Shown here: piece by piece, positions 17,988-28,600 of the stretch
How the letters are laid out: each line of letters starts with the position of its first letter
Position numbering within the stretch: position 1 is the first letter of the stretch
IMG/VR virus record: IMGVR_UViG_3300012956_000016
Location: 1-64,000 of that record
DNA from: a virus
Lineage: Duplodnaviria > Caudoviricetes
Reading direction: 5' to 3' (one strand)
DNA length: 64,000 nucleotides
Position numbers and translations under genes: made by a program
The notes under the pieces: generated by a model
Databases searched by the model: none
What the model was told of the DNA's origin: nothing
Seen by the model: the letters and a program-made list of their open reading frames with translations, nothing else

Positions 17988-20945
17988 ATGGCAACATACA
18001 TTCCCGGGATAACCGATTACATACCACAAATTCAACCATTTAAGCCAGACTATAACTTTTATGGTAATATCTTACAGACTAAACAAGGTCAGTTTGATGC
18101 TGGACATAAACAACTAAGTAGTGTATACAGTACATTACTTAACTCTCCAATGTCAAGAGATCAAAATCTTGCGAGGAGAGATGCTTTCTTTAAGGGTATA
18201 GACCAAGATATCAAGAAGATGTCTGGTATGGATTTATCTCTTGAAGAGAATGTCAATGCAGCTAACAAAGTATTTACTTCATTCTACAACGACAAACACA
18301 TGGTTAATGACATGGTCAAAACCAAGAAGTGGATGAACGAGTTAGATAGAGGTAACAACTTCCGTAACTGTGTGGATCCTGTTAAGTGTGGAGGTCAATT
18401 CTGGGAAGCTGGATTACAAGCTCTACAATACAAACATGATGATTTCCGTAAAGCTAGCGATGAACAAGCTTTACAAATGGATATGGGACGATATGTTCCT
18501 TACCAAAACTTTACTGATGAAGCTTTTAAAGCGGCCAAAGATATGGGCTTTGCAATAAAGACAGATACAGTACATGGAGGTTATATTGTTACTACTAAAA
18601 ACGGTCAACAATTAACTCCTCAACTAAACGATTTCTTTATGGCTAAGTTTGGAGATGATCCTAAGATGATGGATGTTTTCAAGACCCAAGCTTACGTTCA
18701 ACGTAAAGGATATATTAACTCCCGTGCTGCGTTGCTGGGAGATGAAAGCCTAGCCGAAAATGAGTATATTAATACTGTTATTAATACTATACCGCAACAA
18801 CAAAAAGCAGCACAAAAAGCTGCCAACGATACACACGAATCAGTGAGTAATCAACTTAAAGTTGCTGAGTCTTTAATTAAAGAAAAAGGAGTATCTCCTA
18901 ATGACGAAGTAGCAAAAGCCTTTGCTGATCTTCAAGAACAATATGGAATAACCACAGCCAACAAAGCTGTACAAGATAAAGCTACAAGCACAGTTGAAAC
19001 TGCTAGTAATATTAAAGATCCTTTGTTATACAAAGATAGAATCGATGATATAGTTGCTTATGCTATGTTACAAAGACACTCTAAAGTAACAGCTGAGAAC
19101 TATGCTATGAAAGATACAGGAGTTGATATCAAAGCAGATCCTTATGGGTTAGCTACTCATCAGTCTAATCTTAGCTTGAGAAATTCAATGCAAGAGAAAG
19201 CTGCTGACTTCGATTACTGGACCAAGAAAGAATCTATCAAACAATCATACGATGAGAAGAAAAGATTGGCCGACGAAGAGAAGATGAAACGTATGTTAGG
19301 TTTAGATGAAAAGCCTATTTATGATCCTAATACACCCGGTGCTGCAACTGACCAAACTCGTAATACATTAATCGAGAATGCTGGTGCACGTAACGAGTTA
19401 TATGGTCAACATAACATTGACCAAAGATCCTTCTTAAAAGATATGGCTGGTTCAATGAAAGCTGCTTACGATGCCGCAGGTCAATCTGATGTTCCAAATG
19501 GTGCAGCTAAACAAAAGCTTATCTTAGAAACAGCACAAAATGTATTTAAAAATACAGGAGTAGATCCTGGTAAATTATTCAATGATGAAACATATGCTGG
19601 AGAGTTTAATAAAGTAAGTTCCTTAGATATGTCATCTGCAAGAAGTAGTTATGAAAAAGCTATGACTTCAGTGAATCCTAATGCTAAAGGTGTTGGTGCT
19701 TTGAATAGTTTCTGGTCTCAATCATTCTGGAATGATAAAGCTCCAATGACTGAGAAGATTAAAGTAAGAGAAAAGCTTATCCAGGCTTTCGATAAACAAT
19801 ACTTAACAAACTCTATTGAGACTAAAAGTCAAGCAATGGGTGAGTATATAGCAAAAGGTGATGTTACTTCAGCGAATATGGTTGAAAGTTTAACAGATAA
19901 AGCTGGTAGAAAACTTTCAAGAGAAGAGTTCGCTAAGAACTATGCAACTAAAAATGCTCAAAGATATCAAGCTGATCAAGCTCCTAACTTAGGTATGCAA
20001 TCAGCTAGTACATATAGTGGTGCAAACTTAACTCAATCAGAACCTAAATCTGGTTTTCAAAAAGCTTATATCGATGCGTTTAATAACTTCGATAAGATTG
20101 ATGAAAGCTATTCAACTAAATATCAAACAACTGCTAAAGCTTACAATGGCTTAGCAATGTTAGGTGGTAGAGGTGGTGCTGATGCAACTGCTGGCTACTG
20201 GTATAAGTTTGACCCTGCTGCACAAGATCATAATGGTACAACAAATGGTTATAGTATCTTTAGAAACTATGACCAATTAAAAGCTGGAGATAATGTAAAC
20301 TTAAACGTAAAGTTTGGTGATGCAGCAACTGTTGGTAATAACGAAGATGCAAAACGAATCCTTGATGTATTAGAAGCTGATAGTAAAAAGTTTTATAAAC
20401 CAACAGAAGATAAACGTCCTGTTGTAAGTTATCGTGCACAAAACATCGCGGGAGGTGATCCTAACATGATGGCTGTGCATTTTAAAATACCTGAAACTTG
20501 GTTAGCTCAATACACTAAGAAAAATGGTGTACTTGCTGACATTGATAAAGAAGAAGCTTTAAAAGGTATCACTTTATTTATACCAAAAGATAAAGCTACT
20601 AATCAATACTACCAAGATAATCAAAAGGATGATTATGATCGTATCCTTGACCTTGATGGTCAAATTACTGTTGATGCGTATCCTGATGCAGGTAAGATGA
20701 GTATTAAAAAAGTAGGTAACAAATACATTGCTAGTGGACATTATAATGATGTAACTACTGATAACAAAATAGTACCTACTCCGTATTATAAAGAGTTTCC
20801 TGAACAGATAGGTTTGAAACCGGGTATGATTGTAGATGGTTTAAATAACGATCTTAAACAATATTCTTTAGAGTTACAAAACTTTAAAACTACTTATAAT
20901 GCTAAGAATGGTATCAAAGATCCTTCACAACTTTTAAGCCAATAA
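17988..20945 (+). CDS. Large virion cargo / ejection protein
   Basis: 985 aa, helical and hydrophilic; first gene of the giant-gene block. Confidence 0.5.
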   Translation: MATYIPGITDYIPQIQPFKPDYNFYGNILQTKQGQFDAGHKQLSSVYSTLLNSPMSRDQNLARRDAFFKGIDQDIKKMSGMDLSLEENVNAANKVFTSFYNDKHMVNDMVKTKKWMNELDRGNNFRNCVDPVKCGGQFWEAGLQALQYKHDDFRKASDEQALQMDMGRYVPYQNFTDEAFKAAKDMGFAIKTDTVHGGYIVTTKNGQQLTPQLNDFFMAKFGDDPKMMDVFKTQAYVQRKGYINSRAALLGDESLAENEYINTVINTIPQQQKAAQKAANDTHESVSNQLKVAESLIKEKGVSPNDEVAKAFADLQEQYGITTANKAVQDKATSTVETASNIKDPLLYKDRIDDIVAYAMLQRHSKVTAENYAMKDTGVDIKADPYGLATHQSNLSLRNSMQEKAADFDYWTKKESIKQSYDEKKRLADEEKMKRMLGLDEKPIYDPNTPGAATDQTRNTLIENAGARNELYGQHNIDQRSFLKDMAGSMKAAYDAAGQSDVPNGAAKQKLILETAQNVFKNTGVDPGKLFNDETYAGEFNKVSSLDMSSARSSYEKAMTSVNPNAKGVGALNSFWSQSFWNDKAPMTEKIKVREKLIQAFDKQYLTNSIETKSQAMGEYIAKGDVTSANMVESLTDKAGRKLSREEFAKNYATKNAQRYQADQAPNLGMQSASTYSGANLTQSEPKSGFQKAYIDAFNNFDKIDESYSTKYQTTAKAYNGLAMLGGRGGADATAGYWYKFDPAAQDHNGTTNGYSIFRNYDQLKAGDNVNLNVKFGDAATVGNNEDAKRILDVLEADSKKFYKPTEDKRPVVSYRAQNIAGGDPNMMAVHFKIPETWLAQYTKKNGVLADIDKEEALKGITLFIPKDKATNQYYQDNQKDDYDRILDLDGQITVDAYPDAGKMSIKKVGNKYIASGHYNDVTTDNKIVPTPYYKEFPEQIGLKPGMIVDGLNNDLKQYSLELQNFKTTYNAKNGIKDPSQLLSQ

Positions 20946-20946
20946 T

Positions 20947-23900
20947 ATGCCAGATCCTAATACTCCTATAACTCCACTTATAGGTAATACTGTAAATCCA
21001 TTAACATTAGAAAACTCTGACTACAAAGTACCAGAGTTACCTAATACACCTATATATAAAGGTCCAGATACAAGTGTTAGTAAACAAGATATTGATAACA
21101 TCAAGAATCAACCTAAGACTGTTTTTGGAGATAAGATTAAAGGTCTTGTTAAAAAAATGGATGATGCTCCTAAATGGGCGGCTGATTTAACTCCTTATGG
21201 AAAGGTAGTTAGTTACGATGCTGATTATACTGGAGCTAACTTCCAAAGATATTATAGCCACTCTAAGTTTCAACAACTTGGATTCTCTCCTTTCCGCGAT
21301 AACGAAACTCTCTATAACCAAAAAGGAAACTGGACAGACGAAGCAGGAAGAATGTTAAGAGGTTGGAGTAGTTTGTTTGCTACCGGTGCCATGGATGGTG
21401 TTAAATCCTGGGCTGATAATCCTTTTGATCCTGAACCAGATAATGAGACAGCTCGTGATATGGAAAGAAAGATGTCAAGAATGACATCAAGTAAAGAAGG
21501 ATTTGGTGCTGGTGTTGTAAACTTTGGTGCTAACACTGCATATTCAATGGGATTAGTTACTGAGTTTATAGCTGAGAGTGCTGCACTTGCTGCTGCTACT
21601 GCTATTACATTTGGTGCTGATGCTCCAGTTACTGCAAGTGTTGAAGCGGCTAGAGCTGCTACCCTTGCTAATAAGTTAGGTAACATGGGTAAGATGGTGT
21701 CTAATACATACAAGACACTTACTTCTCTTAAAGATTTAAACACTGCAAAGAACTTCTTCAAATCAGTTAATGCTGGTGAGACTTTAGGTAAAGCTATGAA
21801 GTTCATCAATCCTCTTGAACAAACAACTGCTTTTATTAAAGAGACTAACAAAGCATTAAAATCAGGAGAACAAGTTTATAATATGGCTAAAGCTGCCAAA
21901 GGATTTGGAGCTTTTATCAACGATATCAGACAAACCCAAATGGTTATGTCTGAAGCTAACTTAGAAGGAGGCAGCGTAGAGAACGATATGGTTAAGCAAT
22001 TAACCGATGACTTCTATAGAATCAATGGTCGTATGCCTAATACAAGTGAGGCTTATGATATCAATAATACTGCAGGTATTGCTGGTAACAAAACCATAGC
22101 TTGGAACATGCCTGCTTTATATCTTAGTAATAAGATCGTGTTTGAGAATGCTTTCAAAGGTTATAAACCTATGAGAATATTAGCTGCTGAAAACTCAGAA
22201 GGTCTTGCCGGTAAACTTGTTTTCAATCAATCATGGAAAAAAGCTGGAGTTAATCCTTGGTCTGTTGTAGAAGATGGGTGGAAGAATAACTTAAAAAGTT
22301 TAACCAAAGCTTCAACATGGGCTCCTAAAAACTTAGCAAAGAACTTGCTTGTTAATGGTATTGGTTATACTAGTAAGAACTTAACTGAAGCTTTACAAGA
22401 ACAGTATCAAGAAGCTGTATCCGGTTCAATGAACCAATACTATACAAAGATTTATCAAGATCCTTCTAAAGCAGGTTCTGATGAAATGGGGTCTATCTTC
22501 ACTGATAACTTATCTAAACAGTTTACTACAATGCAAGGGTTTGAAACTTTTGCTAGTGGTTTCTTTATGGGTGGTGTATTACAAGGTCCTCAAAAATTAG
22601 TATTTGAAAAGGTTCCTCAAAAGATCTTTCAAATGAAAAGTCCTGAACAATATGCTGAAAGAAAAAAACAAACACAAGAATGGACTGATAAAGTAGTTGA
22701 GTCATTAAATGAAGTAACTAAAGATCCTGCTGCATATTTTAATACTGCTTCTGAGAACATGGTTGTTCAACGTAGTAGCAACACAAGTATGCGTGAAGCT
22801 AATGAAAACAATGATGAGAAATCATTCCGCGATATAGCTGATGAGTCTACTTTTAATCACTTACACACTGTTATTAACTCAGGTAAGTATGATCTTATAT
22901 TAGGTCACTTAAGAGATATGAAACAGTTGTCTCCTGAAGAACTTCAGGATGCTTTTGGGCCAGTGCCTACTAAACAAGATCCTCAAACTTATTATAATAA
23001 CAAAGTTGATAGCTTAATAAGAAGAGCTGAAGATATTAAAAAAAGAAGTGATGCTGTAAACGAACAGTTTATGAATCCTTTTAATCCTTACAAGTATAGT
23101 AAGACTACAGAGAACGAAGCATACATAGGTGAGTTCATAAGATACAAAGCTTATGAAGATGCTAAAAAAGCAGCTGTTTATTCTCAACATACCTTCGATA
23201 GAACATTAAGTCGCATGAAGGATATTATAACTGATGTTACTAATGATATTCCTATTTCCAAAGCCAACTCAACTGACTTCACTTTACTATTTGATAGTAA
23301 GGCTCTTGACAATGAGATCAATGCATTAGACTTAGAAGTAAAAGCTTTCACTGGTGGTGGAAATGCTCAACAAAGACAACAAGCTAAATTATCTCAAGAT
23401 AAGAAAGAAGCTCTTGAAGAGTTACGTAGTAACATTAATCACTACCGTTCTGGATTAAAAGATAATACCAGCAAGAATAAATCTGACGAAAGAAACAGAG
23501 CAACTACTGTTCAGAAAGGATCTAAAGTAAGAAATGTTAAAGATGGTTCTGAAGGTGTTGTAGAAAAGGTAGTTGGTAAATATGCTATCTTAAAAGACGG
23601 TACAAAAGTTAATAGAAAGTATTTAGAAAACAAAAACAAGAAAGTTCAACCAGATCATCATTTGGATGAAGCTCTTGATATGTTTTACAGTTCATATAAG
23701 AACTACTTATCTACGATTGCTAACATATCGAAAGATCATATCTTCGAAGATAAAGTAAACGACTCATTCGCTAAGCTTAAAGATTACTATGGATTAGAGC
23801 ATGACTCTGATGGATTAGCAAACAGTATTAACTTATTACATAACCCAAGTTCTTTCATAGATTACTCTAAGCAAATGGAAGAAGTACGTAGATCTCTTTA

Positions 23901-25641
23901 TGAGAAACGTACTGAACATACCAAAAAAGCTTTAGAAGAATATATGAAGATTAAAGATCAAAACGAGTTGCTTAATAAGTTACTTGAAGATGGTGTTTAT
24001 ATTCATCCTGATGATGTAAAACCTTTACTTGATACTAAGATCATTCCGGAAAAACTTTTTGATGTTATCAACTACGAAGAGTTACAACCTTCATCTGAGA
24101 AATATCAAAAAGGTTTAGAGTCTATCACACAATGGATAGAAGCAACTAGTGTTCCTGTTGAAGAAGAAACTCCTACAGCTGAACCTGTTACTCCAGAAGG
24201 ACCTGTTGATGTTGTTCCTATTAGTGAGATCACTAAAATAACTAACACAACTCCTTTGTCTGATATGCCATCTGATTTAGTTGATGACTTAATCGAAGCA
24301 TTTCGTGCAGAGAATCGTAGTAGAGTATCTAATGGTGAAGACTTAATAGGTAACTACAAACCAGATAATGATAATTATACTGTTAGAAGTTTACCTGGAT
24401 TCAAAAGTTATGTTACAGTATTCAGTAAACCTAGAGCTATCATAGCTGAGTTTAACACACGTACTGGTAGAACTGTTGATCAAGTTGTTCCTGAAGTTAA
24501 AAAAGAAGAGCCTAAAGTAGCTCAAGTATCTTTGATCATAACAAATGATATGAAACAACAGTTATATGATCTTGGTTATTCTAAAGAAGATGTAAACAAA
24601 TTACGTCCTGCAGAAGCTAATCATCTCATCTCTGGTAACATAACTAAACCAGTAAAAGCATTAACTCCTGAAGAGGATATCGAAAGAAGAAGGCAGAAAG
24701 AATTAGAAGGATATTACGGTTATGGTAATGTAGTAAAAAGATTATTAAGTGAACATAAACCTACATTGGCTTTATCGCAATTATATTTTACAGGAGATAA
24801 TGATATAGAGATTACAGTAGATGGTAAAAAATATAAGATTGTTAAAGACGGTAAATACTTAGCAAAAAATGTTATAGATGAATCTGGTAATATTGTTGCT
24901 AAGTTTACTGTAACTAATGGTACAAGTGATGTTATAGAAGATCGTGGATTAATGAATAAAAAAACTTTTTATGATTTCATATCTCGTATAGAAAATGATA
25001 TACCATCAGAATATCGACAAAAACTTATAGATGAAATCAATACTAAATATGATGCAGAAATAGCTGCTTTAAAACAAGATCCTAAAGCTCTTAAAACTAT
25101 TGAAGATATATTCAAAGATGCAACGACTCTTGAAGAGATTGAACAAGCCGAGGAAGAAGTACTAGCTACTTTAGCTAATCCAGAAGCTCGTAGAAAAATC
25201 AACCTTACTAATGAGTTCTTAGTGAACTTGATAGAAACTCGTAAAAGAGAACTTCTTACTGCGTTTACTTACGAAGAAATCGTACCAGGGAACGTATTAG
25301 TAATGTCAGATAATTCTAAAATGTTAGTGGTAGAAAAATCGGATACTGAGTTAAAATTGCGTAAATTTGGTGACGAGGGAGACAACTTTACTATAGTTAA
25401 AAAAGATGTTGTTCCTACAACAATCAAGTACAAGTACAAAGAAGGTATGGAAGATTTAAACATAAATAAACCAGTTACTCCAGAGGAGAAAGAGATTTCA
25501 AATCAGAGTGTGCAAAACTTCACTGAGTTCAATGAAGATGATGATGCTGCTTCTGTAGATGAAGATATGAAGAAAGCTTCTTCTATGTCGAAAGAAGATC
25601 GTAATGATGACTTAACTAATATTCTAGGCTGTAAAAAATAA
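20947..25641 (+). CDS. Giant virion ejection protein with hydrophobic helices and KOW/SH3-like inserts
   Basis: 1564 aa; Ala-rich hydrophobic stretch near 21550-21660; VQKGSKVRN...GVVEKV and IVPGNVLVM...LVVEK beta modules. Confidence 0.5.
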   Translation: MPDPNTPITPLIGNTVNPLTLENSDYKVPELPNTPIYKGPDTSVSKQDIDNIKNQPKTVFGDKIKGLVKKMDDAPKWAADLTPYGKVVSYDADYTGANFQRYYSHSKFQQLGFSPFRDNETLYNQKGNWTDEAGRMLRGWSSLFATGAMDGVKSWADNPFDPEPDNETARDMERKMSRMTSSKEGFGAGVVNFGANTAYSMGLVTEFIAESAALAAATAITFGADAPVTASVEAARAATLANKLGNMGKMVSNTYKTLTSLKDLNTAKNFFKSVNAGETLGKAMKFINPLEQTTAFIKETNKALKSGEQVYNMAKAAKGFGAFINDIRQTQMVMSEANLEGGSVENDMVKQLTDDFYRINGRMPNTSEAYDINNTAGIAGNKTIAWNMPALYLSNKIVFENAFKGYKPMRILAAENSEGLAGKLVFNQSWKKAGVNPWSVVEDGWKNNLKSLTKASTWAPKNLAKNLLVNGIGYTSKNLTEALQEQYQEAVSGSMNQYYTKIYQDPSKAGSDEMGSIFTDNLSKQFTTMQGFETFASGFFMGGVLQGPQKLVFEKVPQKIFQMKSPEQYAERKKQTQEWTDKVVESLNEVTKDPAAYFNTASENMVVQRSSNTSMREANENNDEKSFRDIADESTFNHLHTVINSGKYDLILGHLRDMKQLSPEELQDAFGPVPTKQDPQTYYNNKVDSLIRRAEDIKKRSDAVNEQFMNPFNPYKYSKTTENEAYIGEFIRYKAYEDAKKAAVYSQHTFDRTLSRMKDIITDVTNDIPISKANSTDFTLLFDSKALDNEINALDLEVKAFTGGGNAQQRQQAKLSQDKKEALEELRSNINHYRSGLKDNTSKNKSDERNRATTVQKGSKVRNVKDGSEGVVEKVVGKYAILKDGTKVNRKYLENKNKKVQPDHHLDEALDMFYSSYKNYLSTIANISKDHIFEDKVNDSFAKLKDYYGLEHDSDGLANSINLLHNPSSFIDYSKQMEEVRRSLYEKRTEHTKKALEEYMKIKDQNELLNKLLEDGVYIHPDDVKPLLDTKIIPEKLFDVINYEELQPSSEKYQKGLESITQWIEATSVPVEEETPTAEPVTPEGPVDVVPISEITKITNTTPLSDMPSDLVDDLIEAFRAENRSRVSNGEDLIGNYKPDNDNYTVRSLPGFKSYVTVFSKPRAIIAEFNTRTGRTVDQVVPEVKKEEPKVAQVSLIITNDMKQQLYDLGYSKEDVNKLRPAEANHLISGNITKPVKALTPEEDIERRRQKELEGYYGYGNVVKRLLSEHKPTLALSQLYFTGDNDIEITVDGKKYKIVKDGKYLAKNVIDESGNIVAKFTVTNGTSDVIEDRGLMNKKTFYDFISRIENDIPSEYRQKLIDEINTKYDAEIAALKQDPKALKTIEDIFKDATTLEEIEQAEEEVLATLANPEARRKINLTNEFLVNLIETRKRELLTAFTYEEIVPGNVLVMSDNSKMLVVEKSDTELKLRKFGDEGDNFTIVKKDVVPTTIKYKYKEGMEDLNINKPVTPEEKEISNQSVQNFTEFNEDDDAASVDEDMKKASSMSKEDRNDDLTNILGCKK

Positions 25642-28600
25642 TGAACTGTGCATTAAACATTGAGCAACAACGTGCTCTATTTAGAAAAGTATATGGTGAC
25701 CTGAACGATTTAAAATCTTCAGGTCAACCTTTTTTAGTTAAAGATTATATACAATCAGTGTATAACTTGATCTATACAAAGACTGGTGACCATGCCATGG
25801 CCTTAGATTATTCTCGATTGGTTCCTCATTACATCATGCGTAGTATGATAAAGGATGAAGATCTTATGGATCATTTATTGAGTAATGGTTTCGACTTAGG
25901 AGCTATTAACTCTTTGAAAAGAAAGTTCACACAACAGATTGAAAATGTTGAACAATATATAGGTAACAACAATGAAGCTCTTAAAGATCTTAAGAACTTA
26001 CAAGAGCAAGTAATACAAAATGGTGCTAAGCTAGAACCTAATCCATTACGTGCTACTGGAGTTAAACCAACAGCTTCACAAGAGTTTCGTGCTATTCCTC
26101 CAACAGCATTAGCTGACCGTGGACAAGAAGCTCTTTCTATGAAAGAAGGTGATCCTAATTTCAACGTACCTAATCCTGATGTTGCTTTCTACTACAAGGT
26201 TAAGAGAAAACTTATCGAGATGATATCTGAACCAGGTGCAGACTTCGATAGTAGAAACGTAAACTTCCCAGGATTTGGTAAGATCTTTTTAACTATCATG
26301 CCTTCAAGTAAGATACCAGAAGATCAGTTATATCCAGGAACACCAGTTAATTCTGATGCTCACAAGAAAGGTTTATCTATGGTTATCACTGATGACTATG
26401 GAATACCTATGAAGTTTAACAATGATCTTGAGCTTGACTTTGGTAGAGGTAAGATGGCTTACTACCACATTAGAAAAACAGAAGGATTAGTTGATGGAGA
26501 AAATATCAACTTAGCTGCTGAAGATTATAATGCTGCTGATGCTTTAGTAAGACAGTCTGGTATTACTAAGGATGAAGCTATTGCTGTTATCAAACAACAA
26601 ATCAAGTTTATAAACGACTTACGCGAGTACATAAATAAAGATACTGAGAACAACACTATCCGTGCTCATATAAACGGTGGTTCTATGGGATATGCTTTTA
26701 ACGATTATGTTAAAATCAAAAACCCATTAGCTTCTGTAAACTTTACCGGCGATAGTTTTGATCCTTTCCAAGCGAGAGAAGATAATGTTCAAAGAGGTTT
26801 AGTAAAAGGATTTACCTACTTCTATACCAAAGGAATGTTAGACACTCCTGTAGAAGTAAAGCTTAGTGAATTAAACACTGAGATGAAAGACAAGTTGGTT
26901 ACTTTATTCTCGGATAACTTATTTGAGAAAGATCCTTCAGGAAATGTCTTTTCATTATCTCCTGCAGATAGACAAGCTTTCATCGACAACTATATTAAAA
27001 CTGGTCCTGATACTATTCAGCTTATTCCTAACAATGATAACAAGACGTATGCTGTTATGATTAAAGGAGAGAAAATAGATATGTCTGACCCAGTATTAGC
27101 AAGACAAACAATCTCTGATTACTTTAACAGTGTAGCACCTACTAAATCAGTAGCTGCTAATCGTATACCAAGTGGTGCTACGATTGTTAGAGATACTGAT
27201 CCTGATTATCTTTCTAAGATAAAACAAGGAGACTATGTAGAGATGTTGGTAGATGGTAAAACTAAGTTCCGATTAGTAGAAGGAAAGAAGTTACACATCA
27301 ACAACAAATCTCTTAATAAAAACTTTGATGATGTTACCTTTGATAAAACTTCTGAAGGAGCTACTTACATTGTAAGAAATGTTACTCCTTATAACGAGTT
27401 TATCAAAAATAACTTTCACATCGATTATCAACTTAATGCTGAGAACAAATTATTGAAGCTTAATGCTTATATAACTTTTGCACCACTTGATAGCGAAATA
27501 GAAAAGATCTATCCTACAAACACTGAGATAGAAAAAGCTGAGACAACTGCTCCTGTAAATAATACAACTAGTACAGGTCCTGCTGATGTTACAGCTATCG
27601 ACGATTTGTTAGGAGATGTATTTAATAATCCAGAGTTTAATAAACTGTTGGATCAAAAAGATAAGAGTTTAGAAGCTACTAAACAACAAGTACAGGAAGC
27701 GAAAGAATGGTACTCTAATCATCTATTAAGTAAACACTTTCCTTTCCATACTTTATTCAACGTAATTAATACTAGAACACCAGATGCTGTAGCCTCTTGG
27801 ACTATGCATGGTGTTACTTTATATAAAGGTGCTGACTATAGTGATTTATATCACGAAGCTTGGCATGGTTTCTCTCAAGCATTCTTACCAAAAGAAGAGA
27901 GATCAAACTTATACAACGAAAGTAAAAAGTTAAAAGGATCTTTTACTGATTACAAAGGTAACTCTGTAAAGTTCTCTGAAGCAAATGATCTTCAGATAGA
28001 AGAGTTCCTTGCAGAAGATTTCCGTACTTACATGCTTAATGGTAAGTCAAGAACAGGATCTCCAGTTCGTAACAGTATCTTCCGTAGAATACTTAACTTC
28101 TTAAGAGAGCTATTTGGTAATAGCTCTGTAATAGATATTAACAACAATGATCAAGCGGTTAGAACTATTCATGAGTTATACGAAAAACTTCGTGTAGGTA
28201 ACTTAAATGAAATGTCTTTCAATGCTGAGAACCGTAACTTCGATATCTTGTACAAAGGTATGGTTGCTATCAACCCAGAAGAACAACAAAAAAGTCTTAA
28301 CTACGAGAACTCTAAATTAATGGTTGATACTATCGACTCATTGCTCTCTGAGTTTATCGACAGAGCTAACTTAGGTTTACTTGATAAAGAAAAACTTCGT
28401 GCTGCTGAGCTTACTAATAAAGCTAAGATTAACATCATTACTCCTACTGAGAGAGAAGAACTTAAAGGTTTACAATCTCGTCAAAGTTATAAGTATACTT
28501 CTAGCTTACTTAAAAGCTCTGAAGGTTTAAGACGTGCATACAAGTATGCTCAAACAAGACTTGCTACTATCAAGAACAATATGGATGAAGCAGTTAAAAC

